Part shown: positions 48,988 through 59,084 of the stretch, one piece after another | Layout: every line of letters starts with the position of its first letter | How positions within the stretch are numbered: position 1 is the first letter of the stretch | Source of the DNA: a virus | Reading direction: 5' to 3' (one strand) | DNA length: 64,000 bases | Virus record (IMG/VR): IMGVR_UViG_3300031787_000064 | Location: 15,662-79,661 of that record | The notes under the pieces: generated by a model | The model's database searches: none | Told to the model about the DNA's origin: nothing | Seen by the model: the letters and a program-made list of their open reading frames with translations, nothing else | Program-made: the position numbers and the translations under genes

Positions 48988-49225
48988 TTTTTAACTGTTT
49001 ATTTTCTTGTTTCAAAACAGTAATTTGTTTAACAACGGTTTCTACTTTTTGGTTAATTGTGCTATCACTTTTTGCACTTGCTGCACTAGAGGTTGCAAAA
49101 GTTTGCTCACTGTGGATAATGATTGAATCAATTTTGTCAATGCTTTCATTTGTTTCGATTTTTGCGTCTATTTTAGGCTGACAACCTATTAACATGACTA
49201 TTGCTAGAAAGTATAACGTTTTCAT
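48890..49225 (-). CDS. Coiled-coil lipoprotein, spanin-like
   Basis: MKTLYFLAIVMLIG-C lipobox. Confidence 0.55.
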   Translation of the reverse strand: MKTLYFLAIVMLIGCQPKIDAKIETNESIDKIDSIIIHSEQTFATSSAASAKSDSTINQKVETVVKQITVLKQENKQLKSENNELKIMLDSADDLGKPFKLLPVSGGKNDR

Positions 49226-49229
49226 AGTA

Positions 49230-49535
49230 TTATTGTATTTTACCAAGTTGTTGTAATACTGCGATCTTAGATGCCAATGCAGATGAAGTGCTATCTGACT
49301 TACGTAGTTGCTCAGACATTTGTGATAGTTTTGTTTCTAACTGCTCTATCTTGGCGTTCTGCCTATCTTGAATGGCAGTGTTAGACATTTTGATATCTAC
49401 ATAAAGATATCCTACTGCCACAATACAAATAAACATAAGACCTTTTACAGGATCTTTAGAGAACTCCTTAAAGGTAATAGGAGGCTTTATAGTGCCTGCT
49501 ACTGATTCTGCTACGGATGCAGCTTTTCTTGCCAT
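49230..49535 (-). CDS. TM plus coiled-coil protein
   Basis: Probable start MARKAAS; single TM then heptads. Confidence 0.55.
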   Translation of the reverse strand: MARKAASVAESVAGTIKPPITFKEFSKDPVKGLMFICIVAVGYLYVDIKMSNTAIQDRQNAKIEQLETKLSQMSEQLRKSDSTSSALASKIAVLQQLGKIQ

Positions 49536-49554
49536 TTTATTTAATTTTATATAA

Positions 49555-49591
49555 ATAAAAAAAGGGCTGTATATACCGATATACAACCCTT
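49555..49591 (-). terminator. Terminator downstream of tmRNA
   Basis: AAGGGTTGTATAT-CGG-TATATACAGCCCTT plus T-run. Confidence 0.75.
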
Positions 49592-49632
49592 CAATTACTT
49601 TTCAGTAATAAATATGTAGATTATGTGTTTTT

Positions 49633-50067
49633 TGGTGGAGGAGACGGGACTCGAACCCGTGTATCCATAAGGAACAATAACACCAGCGTATCACATGCTT
49701 AGTACTGAATTGTAAGAGACGTGGGTAGTAGCTTTTATCTCTTCTTTGCTCCATCAGTCTTGCGACCAACTCTGTACTGTAATTTGGGGACGTCGGTTTT
49801 GGTCGACGTCGCTTCCACCACCTAATTTTTTAGCGGAAACTAGGAAAACCAGAGTGCTGTTCTGTTGCAAGGCTATCAGCTGCCCCTGCGAGGATTAGGC
49901 TGCTAGAGCGAACTCCTCATTGAAGATAGAAGCTAAAATAGCTTCACCTTCAGCAATACGTTCTTGACGTGTTGCATTTATTTGTTGATTGTTTGTTTAA
50001 AGACGACACGACCAACCGTCTGCATGTAGTGGTACCTTCACATTACGGAGCAATACCTGGCTCCCCC
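49633..50067 (-). ncRNA. ssrA: tmRNA
   Basis: Acceptor GGGGGAG/CTCCTCC-ACCA with G3-U70, T-arm ACGGG-TTCGAGT-CCCGT, tag ORF 49895-49975 after ATAAAT ending FALAA*. Confidence 0.95.
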
Positions 50068-50074
50068 ATATATA

Positions 50075-50311
50075 TTAAGCGCCCGTGTAAGAAACAGGCT
50101 GTTCAGCCCAATATTCCTTTTCTAACTCTTCTGTCCAATCTGAGAAAGAATCTTCTTCTAGTTCAAACCTGGACTGATCAAAACAATTAAACCCTTCTGG
50201 AGGCGTTACTCCTTCTAGGTGGTAATTACCTCGTCTTGTAAAATGAATTACATTATAAAGTTCACCTTCGATTAAGATATTACCATCACCTTTAATACAA
50301 CGAACTAGCAT
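50075..50311 (-). CDS. Hypothetical protein
   Basis: ORF track. Confidence 0.55.
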   Translation of the reverse strand: MLVRCIKGDGNILIEGELYNVIHFTRRGNYHLEGVTPPEGFNCFDQSRFELEEDSFSDWTEELEKEYWAEQPVSYTGA

Positions 50312-50390
50312 ATATAAAGATTATTTTTTATAAGAAAAGACGTTTCAACGGTAGTCTTGCCCGAGCGTTTCCCTCGACAACCTTGATTGA

Positions 50391-50570
50391 TTACTGGGCA
50401 GTAGCAGTACTAGTGCCAGCAATTGTTGCTGAATCAGCTACAACAGTAGTGTCAGCAGTTACAACTGTAGAATCAACAGCTGTAGAGTCTTGAGTAGGTT
50501 TAGATTCACCAACTCCGTTGCAAGCAGCAAGGGTAAGAGCTGCGGCAAACACGATCATGATTTTTTTCAT
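50391..50570 (-). CDS. Small low-complexity lipoprotein
   Basis: MKKIMIVFAAALTLAA-C lipobox; DST/DST/DTT/DSA repeats. Confidence 0.8.
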   Translation of the reverse strand: MKKIMIVFAAALTLAACNGVGESKPTQDSTAVDSTVVTADTTVVADSATIAGTSTATAQ

Positions 50571-50648
50571 GGGTATTTTGTTTTTAATTAATACAAATAT
50601 AACCAATTTAGTTGATCTTTATACAATCAATCTTATTAGTTGACCACT

Positions 50649-51002
50649 TTATTTTTGGGTCTCTCTACTTTTGATGATGAGTTCACCGATTACTTCTAAC
50701 TTTCCAACTAGGCGTTGAAATTCGGTTTGAGTCATTTCCACATCTTCGGATGCTTTAACTAATTTATCTAGTAGATCTTTATACTCTGTCTTTCCTTTCT
50801 CAGGATCAAATTTACCTTTCTTAGCTTTGTCATAATAAGGAAGCTTAACTATAAAGTGGTTATAGGTTAGCATAGAAATACCACCTTTCTCTTTGGCATT
50901 GTTTGCTATCTTTTCTGCACCATCACGACGCTTGGTAGAAAACTCTTCAAACTTCTCTGATTCGTTTACTGCCTCGTTTAGTAGGTCAATTAGTTTTGTC
51001 AT
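50649..51002 (-). CDS. Probable virion-internal protein
   Basis: MTKLIDLLNEAVNE leader. Confidence 0.55.
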   Translation of the reverse strand: MTKLIDLLNEAVNESEKFEEFSTKRRDGAEKIANNAKEKGGISMLTYNHFIVKLPYYDKAKKGKFDPEKGKTEYKDLLDKLVKASEDVEMTQTEFQRLVGKLEVIGELIIKSRETQK

Positions 51003-51003
51003 A

Positions 51004-51603
51004 TTATTTTAATAGATCGTAATACTCTTTAAAGTGCTTGATGCGATCAGGAAGTCCAATCGTTCCGCCATTTACGCGCTTTGTAACAGAAGTTACTACG
51101 GCATCAGTTGCACCTTGGTCAGCAATCTTGTGTAGTCCATTCTTATTAAAGAACCAAGCTGCAGAAAGAAGAGGGTATTTTGTAGCAACTACATCTGGAT
51201 TGGCTGCAACATCTTCATTGATAGCCTTTCCAAAAGCTGTGTAGTTGTCTTTACCTGTCAATTGAATGTAGCCACGGCCACGAAATTTGTAACCATCTCC
51301 AGATGATTCTGGACCGTTACCCATCCTTGATCCGTAAACCAAGTTAGCAATCTTTTCAGGCTTTCTTTCATACAACTTTGCTTTTTCTTCAGTTGGAAAA
51401 TACTTCTTGAATATACCAAGAAGCCCTTTAGCTCCGTAGTTCAAATTCTCGTTGACTACTTTAAACCCGCCAGACTCATGGCCACATTGTGCCAAGAAGT
51501 GAGCAAGTCTAAGTGGAGTATTGATTTCAAATTTAGCTAGAGTGTCTGGGATCTGTGCTATCACAGAGTCAGGAACGTGTCCTTTTAGTTTACTTATATC
51601 CAT
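51004..51603 (-). CDS. GH19 (chitinase-like) endolysin
   Basis: AHFLAQ..HES, ENLNY, FRGRGYIQLTG..NY, SAAWF, VNGG..GL.DR. Confidence 0.92.
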   Translation of the reverse strand: MDISKLKGHVPDSVIAQIPDTLAKFEINTPLRLAHFLAQCGHESGGFKVVNENLNYGAKGLLGIFKKYFPTEEKAKLYERKPEKIANLVYGSRMGNGPESSGDGYKFRGRGYIQLTGKDNYTAFGKAINEDVAANPDVVATKYPLLSAAWFFNKNGLHKIADQGATDAVVTSVTKRVNGGTIGLPDRIKHFKEYYDLLK

Positions 51604-51637
51604 GATTATGTTTTATGGATATAAATATCTAGTAAGC

Positions 51638-51895
51638 TTATTTGAAGTTGTTAAAAGCCGCTTCTAATTGACCTTTAGACATTGCTCCGGTATGTCTGTA
51701 GACAGTGTTTCCTTGATAGTCTACAAGGATAATCGTAGGAATTGAGGTCACCTCATATTTCTGAGACATGCTTGGATCATAATCTACATTGATATCTGTC
51801 CATCTTATATTCATTTCTCTTACAGTCTGTTCTACTAGAGGTTTGAATGACTTACAAGGGCCACACCATGGGGCTCCAAAATACAATACTTGCAT
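51638..51895 (-). CDS. Thioredoxin
   Basis: WCGPC, SIPT. Confidence 0.92.
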   Translation of the reverse strand: MQVLYFGAPWCGPCKSFKPLVEQTVREMNIRWTDINVDYDPSMSQKYEVTSIPTIILVDYQGNTVYRHTGAMSKGQLEAAFNNFK

Positions 51896-51898
51896 AAT

Positions 51899-52090
51899 TT
51901 ACTTTTGATATTTAAATTTAGGTTGTCTAAATACGTCGTGAGTTCTAACAGCTCTGAGAGGCTTGAAGGTATATCCTTGTTTAGGCTTATTCTTCTTTAG
52001 CCACTCTTCATAAATATCCTCTCTAGCCCAGTTGTCGGACTGCCTTCTCATTTGCTTTAGTAAGAGATTCCTTCTTTGTTCGTAACTCAT
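51899..52090 (-). CDS. Basic hypothetical protein
   Basis: Preceded by TTGTATATTTG (Bacteroidota -7-like box) at 52095-52105. Confidence 0.5.
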   Translation of the reverse strand: MSYEQRRNLLLKQMRRQSDNWAREDIYEEWLKKNKPKQGYTFKPLRAVRTHDVFRQPKFKYQK

Positions 52091-52094
52091 AGAT

Positions 52095-52135
52095 CAAATA
52101 TACAAAACCTGATCTAAACGTAATCAATATTTATT
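52095..52135. promoter_or_regulatory. Divergent promoter pair
   Basis: Minus-strand TATATTTG (52095-102) and plus-strand ATATTTATT (52127-35), the latter 5 nt before ATG 52141. Confidence 0.6.
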
Positions 52136-52140
52136 AGAGT

Positions 52141-52398
52141 ATGGTAATAGTTGAACAAATGCCTTGGTTACACTTTGTAAAACTATCTCATATAAGTAAG
52201 CTCCCTTTAGAAGAACAAGTTAGGAAATATAGGCTTTACTTATGCGAGCTAGAAACTATCAGAGTCGGTATAGAGTGTGGTGGTAAATCTGCTACTAAAA
52301 AAATAGTGAATGAAGGATTTTTGCAACAAGAAGACCTATACTATATCTTACAAGAAGATGGATCAAAGATTTACATAACAGTAGAAAAAATGATATAA
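52141..52398 (+). CDS. Small putative structural protein
   Basis: LQQED..YILQEDGSKI motif; late-type motif upstream. Confidence 0.55.
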   Translation: MVIVEQMPWLHFVKLSHISKLPLEEQVRKYRLYLCELETIRVGIECGGKSATKKIVNEGFLQQEDLYYILQEDGSKIYITVEKMI

Positions 52399-52399
52399 C

Positions 52400-53023
52400 A
52401 TGCCAGATTTACCGATATCAGGGCTTCCTGAACACGACAATTTAACAGGGTCAGAATTATTTGCTATAGTCCAAGGAGGAATTACTAAATACGCAGATCT
52501 AGTAGACATTAAAAATTATATGACATCATCAACTCCTGGTTTAGGAGGTTCTGGTTTGGGGTGGGCTCGTTATGATGATACACAATATACTACATCATCA
52601 TTTCTAACTGTGACTGATGGCACAAATGTAGTTATACCTAATAATGCCGGATCTAGTGTTACTACTTATATAAATTCCTCTGTGGCATTTTATAATGGAA
52701 CTACTAAAAAAGTACAAACAGAAAATGAAGCTGACGTTTATACTATGATTGTCACTTTCAAAGCTAAAGCTCCGAATGCAAATCAAACTCATATAGATAT
52801 CTCCTTATCATCAACAGGAGCCACTCCTTATGATAGAGTTTCTAAAAGTTTAACATTCGCTAAAGGTAATAACCAATGGCAAAACTTCTATGAAAGCTTC
52901 AGCTTTTACGCAGATGCGGATTTTGTTACCAATGGCAATCAATGGAAAATATATGCAATTGGAGGAGACGTTCATGTTGCATCATGTATATATTTTATTC
53001 AGCGAACATTTAATGCAGGATAG
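52400..53023 (+). CDS. Putative fibre/decoration protein
   Basis: MPDLPISGLP...LTG.E...IVQGG.T N-terminus followed by a beta-rich domain. Confidence 0.55.
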   Translation: MPDLPISGLPEHDNLTGSELFAIVQGGITKYADLVDIKNYMTSSTPGLGGSGLGWARYDDTQYTTSSFLTVTDGTNVVIPNNAGSSVTTYINSSVAFYNGTTKKVQTENEADVYTMIVTFKAKAPNANQTHIDISLSSTGATPYDRVSKSLTFAKGNNQWQNFYESFSFYADADFVTNGNQWKIYAIGGDVHVASCIYFIQRTFNAG

Positions 53024-53045
53024 TTTATCATAAGCAAAAGATAAA

Positions 53046-53078
53046 TAAAAAAGCCCCTTATTCAGGGGCTTCTTTTTT
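53046..53078. terminator. Bidirectional terminator
   Basis: A-run, AAGCCCCT-TATTC-AGGGGCTT, T-run, between convergent genes. Confidence 0.85.
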
Positions 53079-53095
53079 ATGCTAGAGTAAGAATA

Positions 53096-56000
53096 TTACT
53101 TACCGAAAGTGTAACGAAGGCCTAGCTGAGCTGTCCACACATCAAACACAGATGAGTTGAATTGATATGTATCACGAGCCAAGAAAGAACCTGTTGCATC
53201 TCTCTGTGTAGATAGTCTATATGTTGGAACACCTGCAGCATCACGGCTTACGAAGTTTAGCAATTGAGGTGCACCTGCACGTTGAGATACGCCCCATTTG
53301 TTACTCAACATATTACCGAAGTTCAAGATATCTGCACGGATCTGGAAAGCATTACGCTTACCTTTGATCTTTACAAAGAAGTCTTGAGCGGCAGAAAGAT
53401 CAAAACGGTGTAGGAATGGTAGATCTAACGCATTTCTTTCTGCGTATTGACCCCTACGTGTTTTCAAATATGGATCTTGATTAATGAAAGCATCGAATGC
53501 CGCCTGCTGTTGGGCTTCAGTATAAACTGTAGTTCCAACTGTTAATGGAGCAAAGCGAATATCAGATGCTTTATGTGGTACAAATATCAAATCATTATTG
53601 CTTACACGGTCACCATTTAAATCACCAGCAACAATATATGAGAATGGATTGTTTTGTGATCCTACATAACCTAAGGTTAATGTAGTAGCAGTACCATATT
53701 TCTTATCACCTTCAATACGGTATCCTAATAAACCAACAATACGATTTCTAACTACGAAATCTGAAGTTGTTAAATTAAGAGTATTATTACCGAATACAGA
53801 TTGAGCTGATTGCCAAGAACCAGAAGCAATAGAACCAGCACTCATGAAGTCTTCAGCTTGAGCATTTGTGTATGCTACATAGCCCCAAATACCTTTAGAT
53901 ACTGGCTTTTCTAATTTGTAAGTGATTGAACGGTTATAGGCACCATTTCTGTTTGTTAAAACAGCAGCCATTGAAACGTTATCATTTACACGAACACCAT
54001 TGTCATTACCGGCATACAATGGTCTTGTATCAACACCTAATAGATTGCCTACTGGTTTGTCTAGGTTAGCATTGTAATAATGAACAGCATTAAGTGTTTG
54101 ATTGTATAATACTTCAACACTTGCTACTAAACCTAACCAAGGCAATTTATGCTCTACTGCCAAGTTATTCTTCCATACTTGTGGAAACTTGTAATTAGGA
54201 TCTGTCAATGCTAGATCAAATGTAGAAGGTAGAGTTGGTGTTGAAGGAATGAAGTACTGGTTTGGATTAGCAGTAAAGCCATAAGCGGCTGCAGCTGCAC
54301 CAGATACATCAATAAACCCTGACAATACACCATTGTTACCGATCTGGTTAGATAAGAATACAAGAGGAGGGCGGCCAGTAAAAATACCACTACCACCACG
54401 TACTTGTGTTTTACCTTTACCTTTTACGTTCCAGTTAAAACCAAAGCGAGGTTCAAATAACAATTGCATTTCTGGCATTACACCTGTATTCCACTTCTCA
54501 CCATCGGCAAAAGTCATTGCTGTAATGGCTTTGTTCTCTAGAGCTGTGTTATTGATTCCAATAATGTTTGCTCTGATACCAACAGTTAGCTTTAGGTTTT
54601 TAACACCATTATATTCATCTTGTAGATAAACATCTGTTCTAGTTGATTCTAAAGTCTGCATTGGTGCAATTCCACCTGGTAAAGCAGAGTAGCGAAGTTG
54701 GAAACGTGCAGGTGCAAAAGTTGAAGGACGACCATTATTTGCTAATGATTGATTAGCAGCAGTATAGAAGTCATTCAAACTATTAAAGATATAAACACCA
54801 TTAGAGGCTGGGAAGAACAAATTGTTTGACTGATATTGTTGGAAGTTAAAACCACCAACTACAGTATGTTTACCAAGATACTTAGTTAAGTTGTTAGTAA
54901 CGTTAAATGTCCAATAGTCCAATTTGTTATCTGGTGTAAATGGATCAAACCCTACTGAAGTGTAAGTTGCTGAACCTTCACGAATATCAATGGTTGGAAA
55001 CATTTGACTCATGTAAGCCCTGTTCTCAATTTGCTTGTCGTAAGACACGATCAAGTTATTGTGAAGTGTGTTAGAGATCTTTGAGTTAAGTTCCAATACT
55101 GCTGAACGGGTGTTATCCATAATAATGTAACCACTATTTTGGAAACTCATAGCATTAAACTGAGTTGTACGGTTACCAGCACCTGCCGACTGAGAGTTTG
55201 AAATATTTATTTCAGCCGATGAGTTATGGTGAACATAACGAGCAGTAAGTTTGTTTTTAGCATTGATGTTCCAATCAACACGAACGAGAAATTTGTTAGA
55301 CTCATTAGTGTTGGAATACCCTTCCCATGGTCCGGTTGTATAGTTAAACTTCTCTTTCATGAACTTAGAAAGTGAGTCCATTGCAGAGTATCTAACACGA
55401 GATACTTGACTTCCTGTTAAAGGAGATCCGGCTGAGATCCAAGTTGTTCCTGGTTCTGTGCGTTCAATCTGCTCATAGTTACCAAATACGAACAATTTGT
55501 TCTTGATAATAGGAAGACCTAAACGGAAGCCTTGTACTTTCTCATCAAACTTCTGTGCTGTGACAGTTGTACCACGAGCATTATTACCTACATAACGAGA
55601 TGAATTATCACGTTGTGTTTGATAAACTGATCCTTCGATATCGTTTGTACCAGAGCGAGTTACAGCATTGATACCAGCACCAGTGAATCCAGATTGACGA
55701 ATATCAAATGGAGCAATGTTAACTTGCAATTGATCGATAGCGTCAAGAGAGATAGCAGAAGCTCCTGTACGACCACCGGCTTGTGCTGAAGATCCTAGAC
55801 CGAAGTTGTTGTTGAATTGTGAACCGTCAATAGTGAAGTTGTTCATACGAGAGTCTTGAGCTCCGAATGAAGTACCATTACCAAATGGATTGTACTTAGT
55901 AATACCATCGATTGTTCTGGCTCCTGTGATAGGAATAGAAGTTAATTCACGACGACCGAACTGCTGAGCAGCCCCTGTTTTTTGTCTTGAAAAGGCACTA

Positions 56001-56362
56001 TTGCCACTAACAACTACTTCTTTGAGAGCCTTTACCTCATCAATCAAAACGAAGTCAACGTTAGATGTTAAACCTAACTGTGTGTTGACGTCTACAACTT
56101 CTCCTTTCTTGAATCCTACGAAAGAAGCGTGGATTGTGTAAGGACCTCCTACTCGAACAGCAGGAAGCACATACATACCTGATTTGTTTGTGGTAGCAGT
56201 GTACTCTGTACCTGTTGGAAGGTGGATTGCATGGATTGTTGCACCTACCAACTGATCGTTCTTGTCATTTTTTACTACTCCAGAGATTGCAGATGTTGTA
56301 ATTTGACCGAACCCTGCAAAGGCACTAAGTAGAAAAAACAACGATAGAATCGCATTTTTCAT
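53096..56362 (-). CDS. TonB-dependent receptor (Oar-like, carboxypeptidase-regulatory-like N-domain)
   Basis: Signal peptide MKNAILSLFF..., plug motif ISLDAI......APFD.RQSGFTGAGINAVTRSGTN, EPRFGF, C-terminal QLGLRYTF. Confidence 0.92.
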   Translation of the reverse strand: MKNAILSLFFLLSAFAGFGQITTSAISGVVKNDKNDQLVGATIHAIHLPTGTEYTATTNKSGMYVLPAVRVGGPYTIHASFVGFKKGEVVDVNTQLGLTSNVDFVLIDEVKALKEVVVSGNSAFSRQKTGAAQQFGRRELTSIPITGARTIDGITKYNPFGNGTSFGAQDSRMNNFTIDGSQFNNNFGLGSSAQAGGRTGASAISLDAIDQLQVNIAPFDIRQSGFTGAGINAVTRSGTNDIEGSVYQTQRDNSSRYVGNNARGTTVTAQKFDEKVQGFRLGLPIIKNKLFVFGNYEQIERTEPGTTWISAGSPLTGSQVSRVRYSAMDSLSKFMKEKFNYTTGPWEGYSNTNESNKFLVRVDWNINAKNKLTARYVHHNSSAEINISNSQSAGAGNRTTQFNAMSFQNSGYIIMDNTRSAVLELNSKISNTLHNNLIVSYDKQIENRAYMSQMFPTIDIREGSATYTSVGFDPFTPDNKLDYWTFNVTNNLTKYLGKHTVVGGFNFQQYQSNNLFFPASNGVYIFNSLNDFYTAANQSLANNGRPSTFAPARFQLRYSALPGGIAPMQTLESTRTDVYLQDEYNGVKNLKLTVGIRANIIGINNTALENKAITAMTFADGEKWNTGVMPEMQLLFEPRFGFNWNVKGKGKTQVRGGSGIFTGRPPLVFLSNQIGNNGVLSGFIDVSGAAAAAYGFTANPNQYFIPSTPTLPSTFDLALTDPNYKFPQVWKNNLAVEHKLPWLGLVASVEVLYNQTLNAVHYYNANLDKPVGNLLGVDTRPLYAGNDNGVRVNDNVSMAAVLTNRNGAYNRSITYKLEKPVSKGIWGYVAYTNAQAEDFMSAGSIASGSWQSAQSVFGNNTLNLTTSDFVVRNRIVGLLGYRIEGDKKYGTATTLTLGYVGSQNNPFSYIVAGDLNGDRVSNNDLIFVPHKASDIRFAPLTVGTTVYTEAQQQAAFDAFINQDPYLKTRRGQYAERNALDLPFLHRFDLSAAQDFFVKIKGKRNAFQIRADILNFGNMLSNKWGVSQRAGAPQLLNFVSRDAAGVPTYRLSTQRDATGSFLARDTYQFNSSVFDVWTAQLGLRYTFGK

Positions 56363-56519
56363 ACGTGTTTTGTTTTGGTTAAAAAATAAAGAGTGAAAAA
56401 TAATACCCTGGTAAGAACTACCAGAATATAAAGATTTATGTATATAAAACGAAACGTCCATTCTCTAATAAATATTTCCAAGGCCTCCAGGTTCCGTACC
56501 AAGTATTAACAGAATATTA

Positions 56520-57605
56520 TCAATTTGATAACGGAGCCTTGATAGAAGGGTGTGATTTGTAGTTCTCCAAAGTAAGGTGTTCTACAGAATATTCAGGTAA
56601 ATTCCCCTCATGTCTTATCACTTCATTTGAAATTTTTAATGTAGGCAATTCAAATGGCTCTCTACTGATCTGCTCTTTTGCTTGATCTACATGGTTCAGA
56701 TATAAATGGGTATCCCCTAGACTACCTACCAATTGATCAGGAACCATGTTCACTTCTTTGGCTATAATTTCAAGTAGCAGTGCATAACTTGCAATGTTGA
56801 ATGGTAAACCTAAGAACGTATCTACTGAACGTTGATTCCACATTAGTGAGATTGCTCGTTTAGGTATATTATGTGATTGTAATTCCTCACTTAATCCACC
56901 GCCGAATGGAACAATATCATCAACCATTGATTTGAATCTATCATCACCAACTTTCTTTTTTAATAAATTCCATCTCTCTCCGATGATCAATTCTCTTGTA
57001 TAAACTTGAAAACCGTAATGACAAGGTGGTAAAACCATTTGGTCTAATTCACCTACATTCCAAGCATTGACCATCATGCGTCTACTATCTGGGTTTGTTT
57101 TGAGTTGCTCGATTAGGTTTGTGATTTGGTCTATATAATCTATAATATGGAGTGTTTCTTTATGTTCTGTATCTTCTACTTTCCTATATCGTTTCCAACT
57201 TCTCCATTGCTTACCGTAAATTGGACCTAAGTCGCCCCATTGCTTAGCAAACTCATCATCGGTTTTGATCTTGTTAATGAACTCTTCTTTTGTTAAATAA
57301 TGTTCATGTCCTACTGGAGCGTTATGTAAATGTACTTTATATGCATCTCCATCCCAAATATGACATCTATTATCAACAAGATATTTGATATTAGTATCAC
57401 CTCGTAAGAACCACAATAACTCTGTTACCATAGTTTTCCAAGCCATCTTCTTTGTTGTTAACAAAGGAAAGCCTTCTTTCATATTATGTCTGATAGTATA
57501 GCCAAAGATTGACTTGGTGCCAGTTCCTGTACGATCTTTCTTTTCTACGCCATAGTCAAGTATGTCTTGAAGTAGTTGTTGATACTGCTTATCTATATTG
57601 TTCAT
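56520..57605 (-). CDS. thyA: Thymidylate synthase
   Basis: DRTGTGT, FPLLTTK, GPIYGKQWR, LPPCH, QRSVD.FLGLPFN, DTHLY. Confidence 0.95.
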   Translation of the reverse strand: MNNIDKQYQQLLQDILDYGVEKKDRTGTGTKSIFGYTIRHNMKEGFPLLTTKKMAWKTMVTELLWFLRGDTNIKYLVDNRCHIWDGDAYKVHLHNAPVGHEHYLTKEEFINKIKTDDEFAKQWGDLGPIYGKQWRSWKRYRKVEDTEHKETLHIIDYIDQITNLIEQLKTNPDSRRMMVNAWNVGELDQMVLPPCHYGFQVYTRELIIGERWNLLKKKVGDDRFKSMVDDIVPFGGGLSEELQSHNIPKRAISLMWNQRSVDTFLGLPFNIASYALLLEIIAKEVNMVPDQLVGSLGDTHLYLNHVDQAKEQISREPFELPTLKISNEVIRHEGNLPEYSVEHLTLENYKSHPSIKAPLSN

Positions 57606-58592
57606 AGTTTGTACTTTCTTCCTTTCTCTGTTAGACCGTATACAATTTCACCTGATTCGTTGATTAGTGCTTCTATGACACCTTTGTCAATCATGCCATT
57701 TAAAAGGTCTTGGGTGTATTTAAGGCCAGCATCATCATAACACTTTTCTATCTCTTCCATAGTCAACATAAATGTGTCCTTATTTCCAATTATGTATTCG
57801 TTATAACTTTCTACAGCTGTCTGATATATATTTTCATACCAATACTTTAATAACTGGGCTGGTGTTTCATCGTTAGGTGTTTCTTTAAGAGTGTTGACTA
57901 GCAACTTACCATACTCTTCACCTGATTGTATATTATCTAGCATAGTTTACTCTTTTATTTTTAGGCCGTAGTTCATATCAAACATAGCCATTTCAGACTC
58001 TGCTTGTGTTTTTAGCACGTTTAAATGACGCTTTATGAACTTTGTACCCCAGTCTACCCACTGTTTGTTTTCTTTTTCAGTCATTGTCCATTCTTGGTAC
58101 CATTCATCTTTTCTACCAACAATGTCTTCATACTTAACATCGTGGCCAGCAATTTTGAACATTTCATTGATCAACGCTTTCGTGATCTGTTGTTTGTCTA
58201 ATCTTCCCATAACATTTATTTTAATCCCACCACCTCTCAATATATTGATCGAGAAGTTTAAATAGAATACGTTTTGCTTTATCGTGTTTTTTTACACCTT
58301 TATCTATTTGCTCTCTAGTGATCTCATCATCACCAATAAATTCAAATAGATATTCTTCATCTTGCACTTTCTTCATTAGTCTAGCACACAGCATCATTCT
58401 ATCAGCATCATAATCTGCCATAGTATGATTGCCTGTTTTACGAATTGTCTCAGACATTATAATCAACTTGTGCCTAAGTATCTCAAATATATAGTAGTGA
58501 TCCCACTGTTCGTCTTTCCATATAATAGGAATCCAACGAAGTAGGTTCTTAGTGCGTCTTATGATTCTTCTGATCCTCCACATACATAACAA
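57602..58592 (-). other. Three hypothetical CDSs (57602-57943, 57947-58240, 58221-58592)
   Basis: ORF track. Confidence 0.55.
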
Positions 58593-58619
58593 ATATACAA
58601 AAGGGTTTTGACAAAAGGA

Positions 58620-59084
58620 TCACAATCTTATAAGTGGTACGTCTAATTTGGTATGGAGTACATGTCTAGGTTGGCCTGACTTTGTAAAACCTATACTATA
58701 GGCTTTGTGCTTAATGATAGGAGTCACTTCTATTATTCTAGACTCTTCAGGATTATTTCCCCAGATACACAAGATCTTCTTACAAGTGATAGTCATTCTT
58801 TGAATCCACTTATCATTTTCTTCAAGTACAGGATTCTCTACTTCTTTTAGTAGTTTAGGATCTGGACTAATGTAACTATATAGATTAGTTATAAAGAGGC
58901 TATCAAAACCTTCACGCTTTGCAATTTTTGATAATGCTGACACTGTTAAGTTCTTACCGTCTTTTGTTATAGACGGGTTTAACCCAACTACACCTAAAGG
59001 GTTTTGCATAGACTGTTCATAGAACCAACTAGCAAACTGGTGTTTACCGCAATGACTCTTGAACTTTTCTATATTTAGCATCAC
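58620..59084 (-). CDS. DUF1643-family protein
   Basis: GLNPS...NLY....DP..L...END...WG...G.TK.G.PRH. Confidence 0.75.
   Translation of the reverse strand: MMLNIEKFKSHCGKHQFASWFYEQSMQNPLGVVGLNPSITKDGKNLTVSALSKIAKREGFDSLFITNLYSYISPDPKLLKEVENPVLEENDKWIQRMTITCKKILCIWGNNPEESRIIEVTPIIKHKAYSIGFTKSGQPRHVLHTKLDVPLIRL

Noticed and set aside
49969-50190. 73-aa plus-strand ORF
   Set aside because: Antisense to the tmRNA 5' half and to ORF 50075..50311
51899-52090. Ribosomal protein bS21-like
   Set aside because: Basic and of similar size, but lacks a recognisable bS21 pattern
56520-57605. Intron or intein in the long thyA
   Set aside because: Insertions are short and in frame, with no intein C...HN motifs or stop codons
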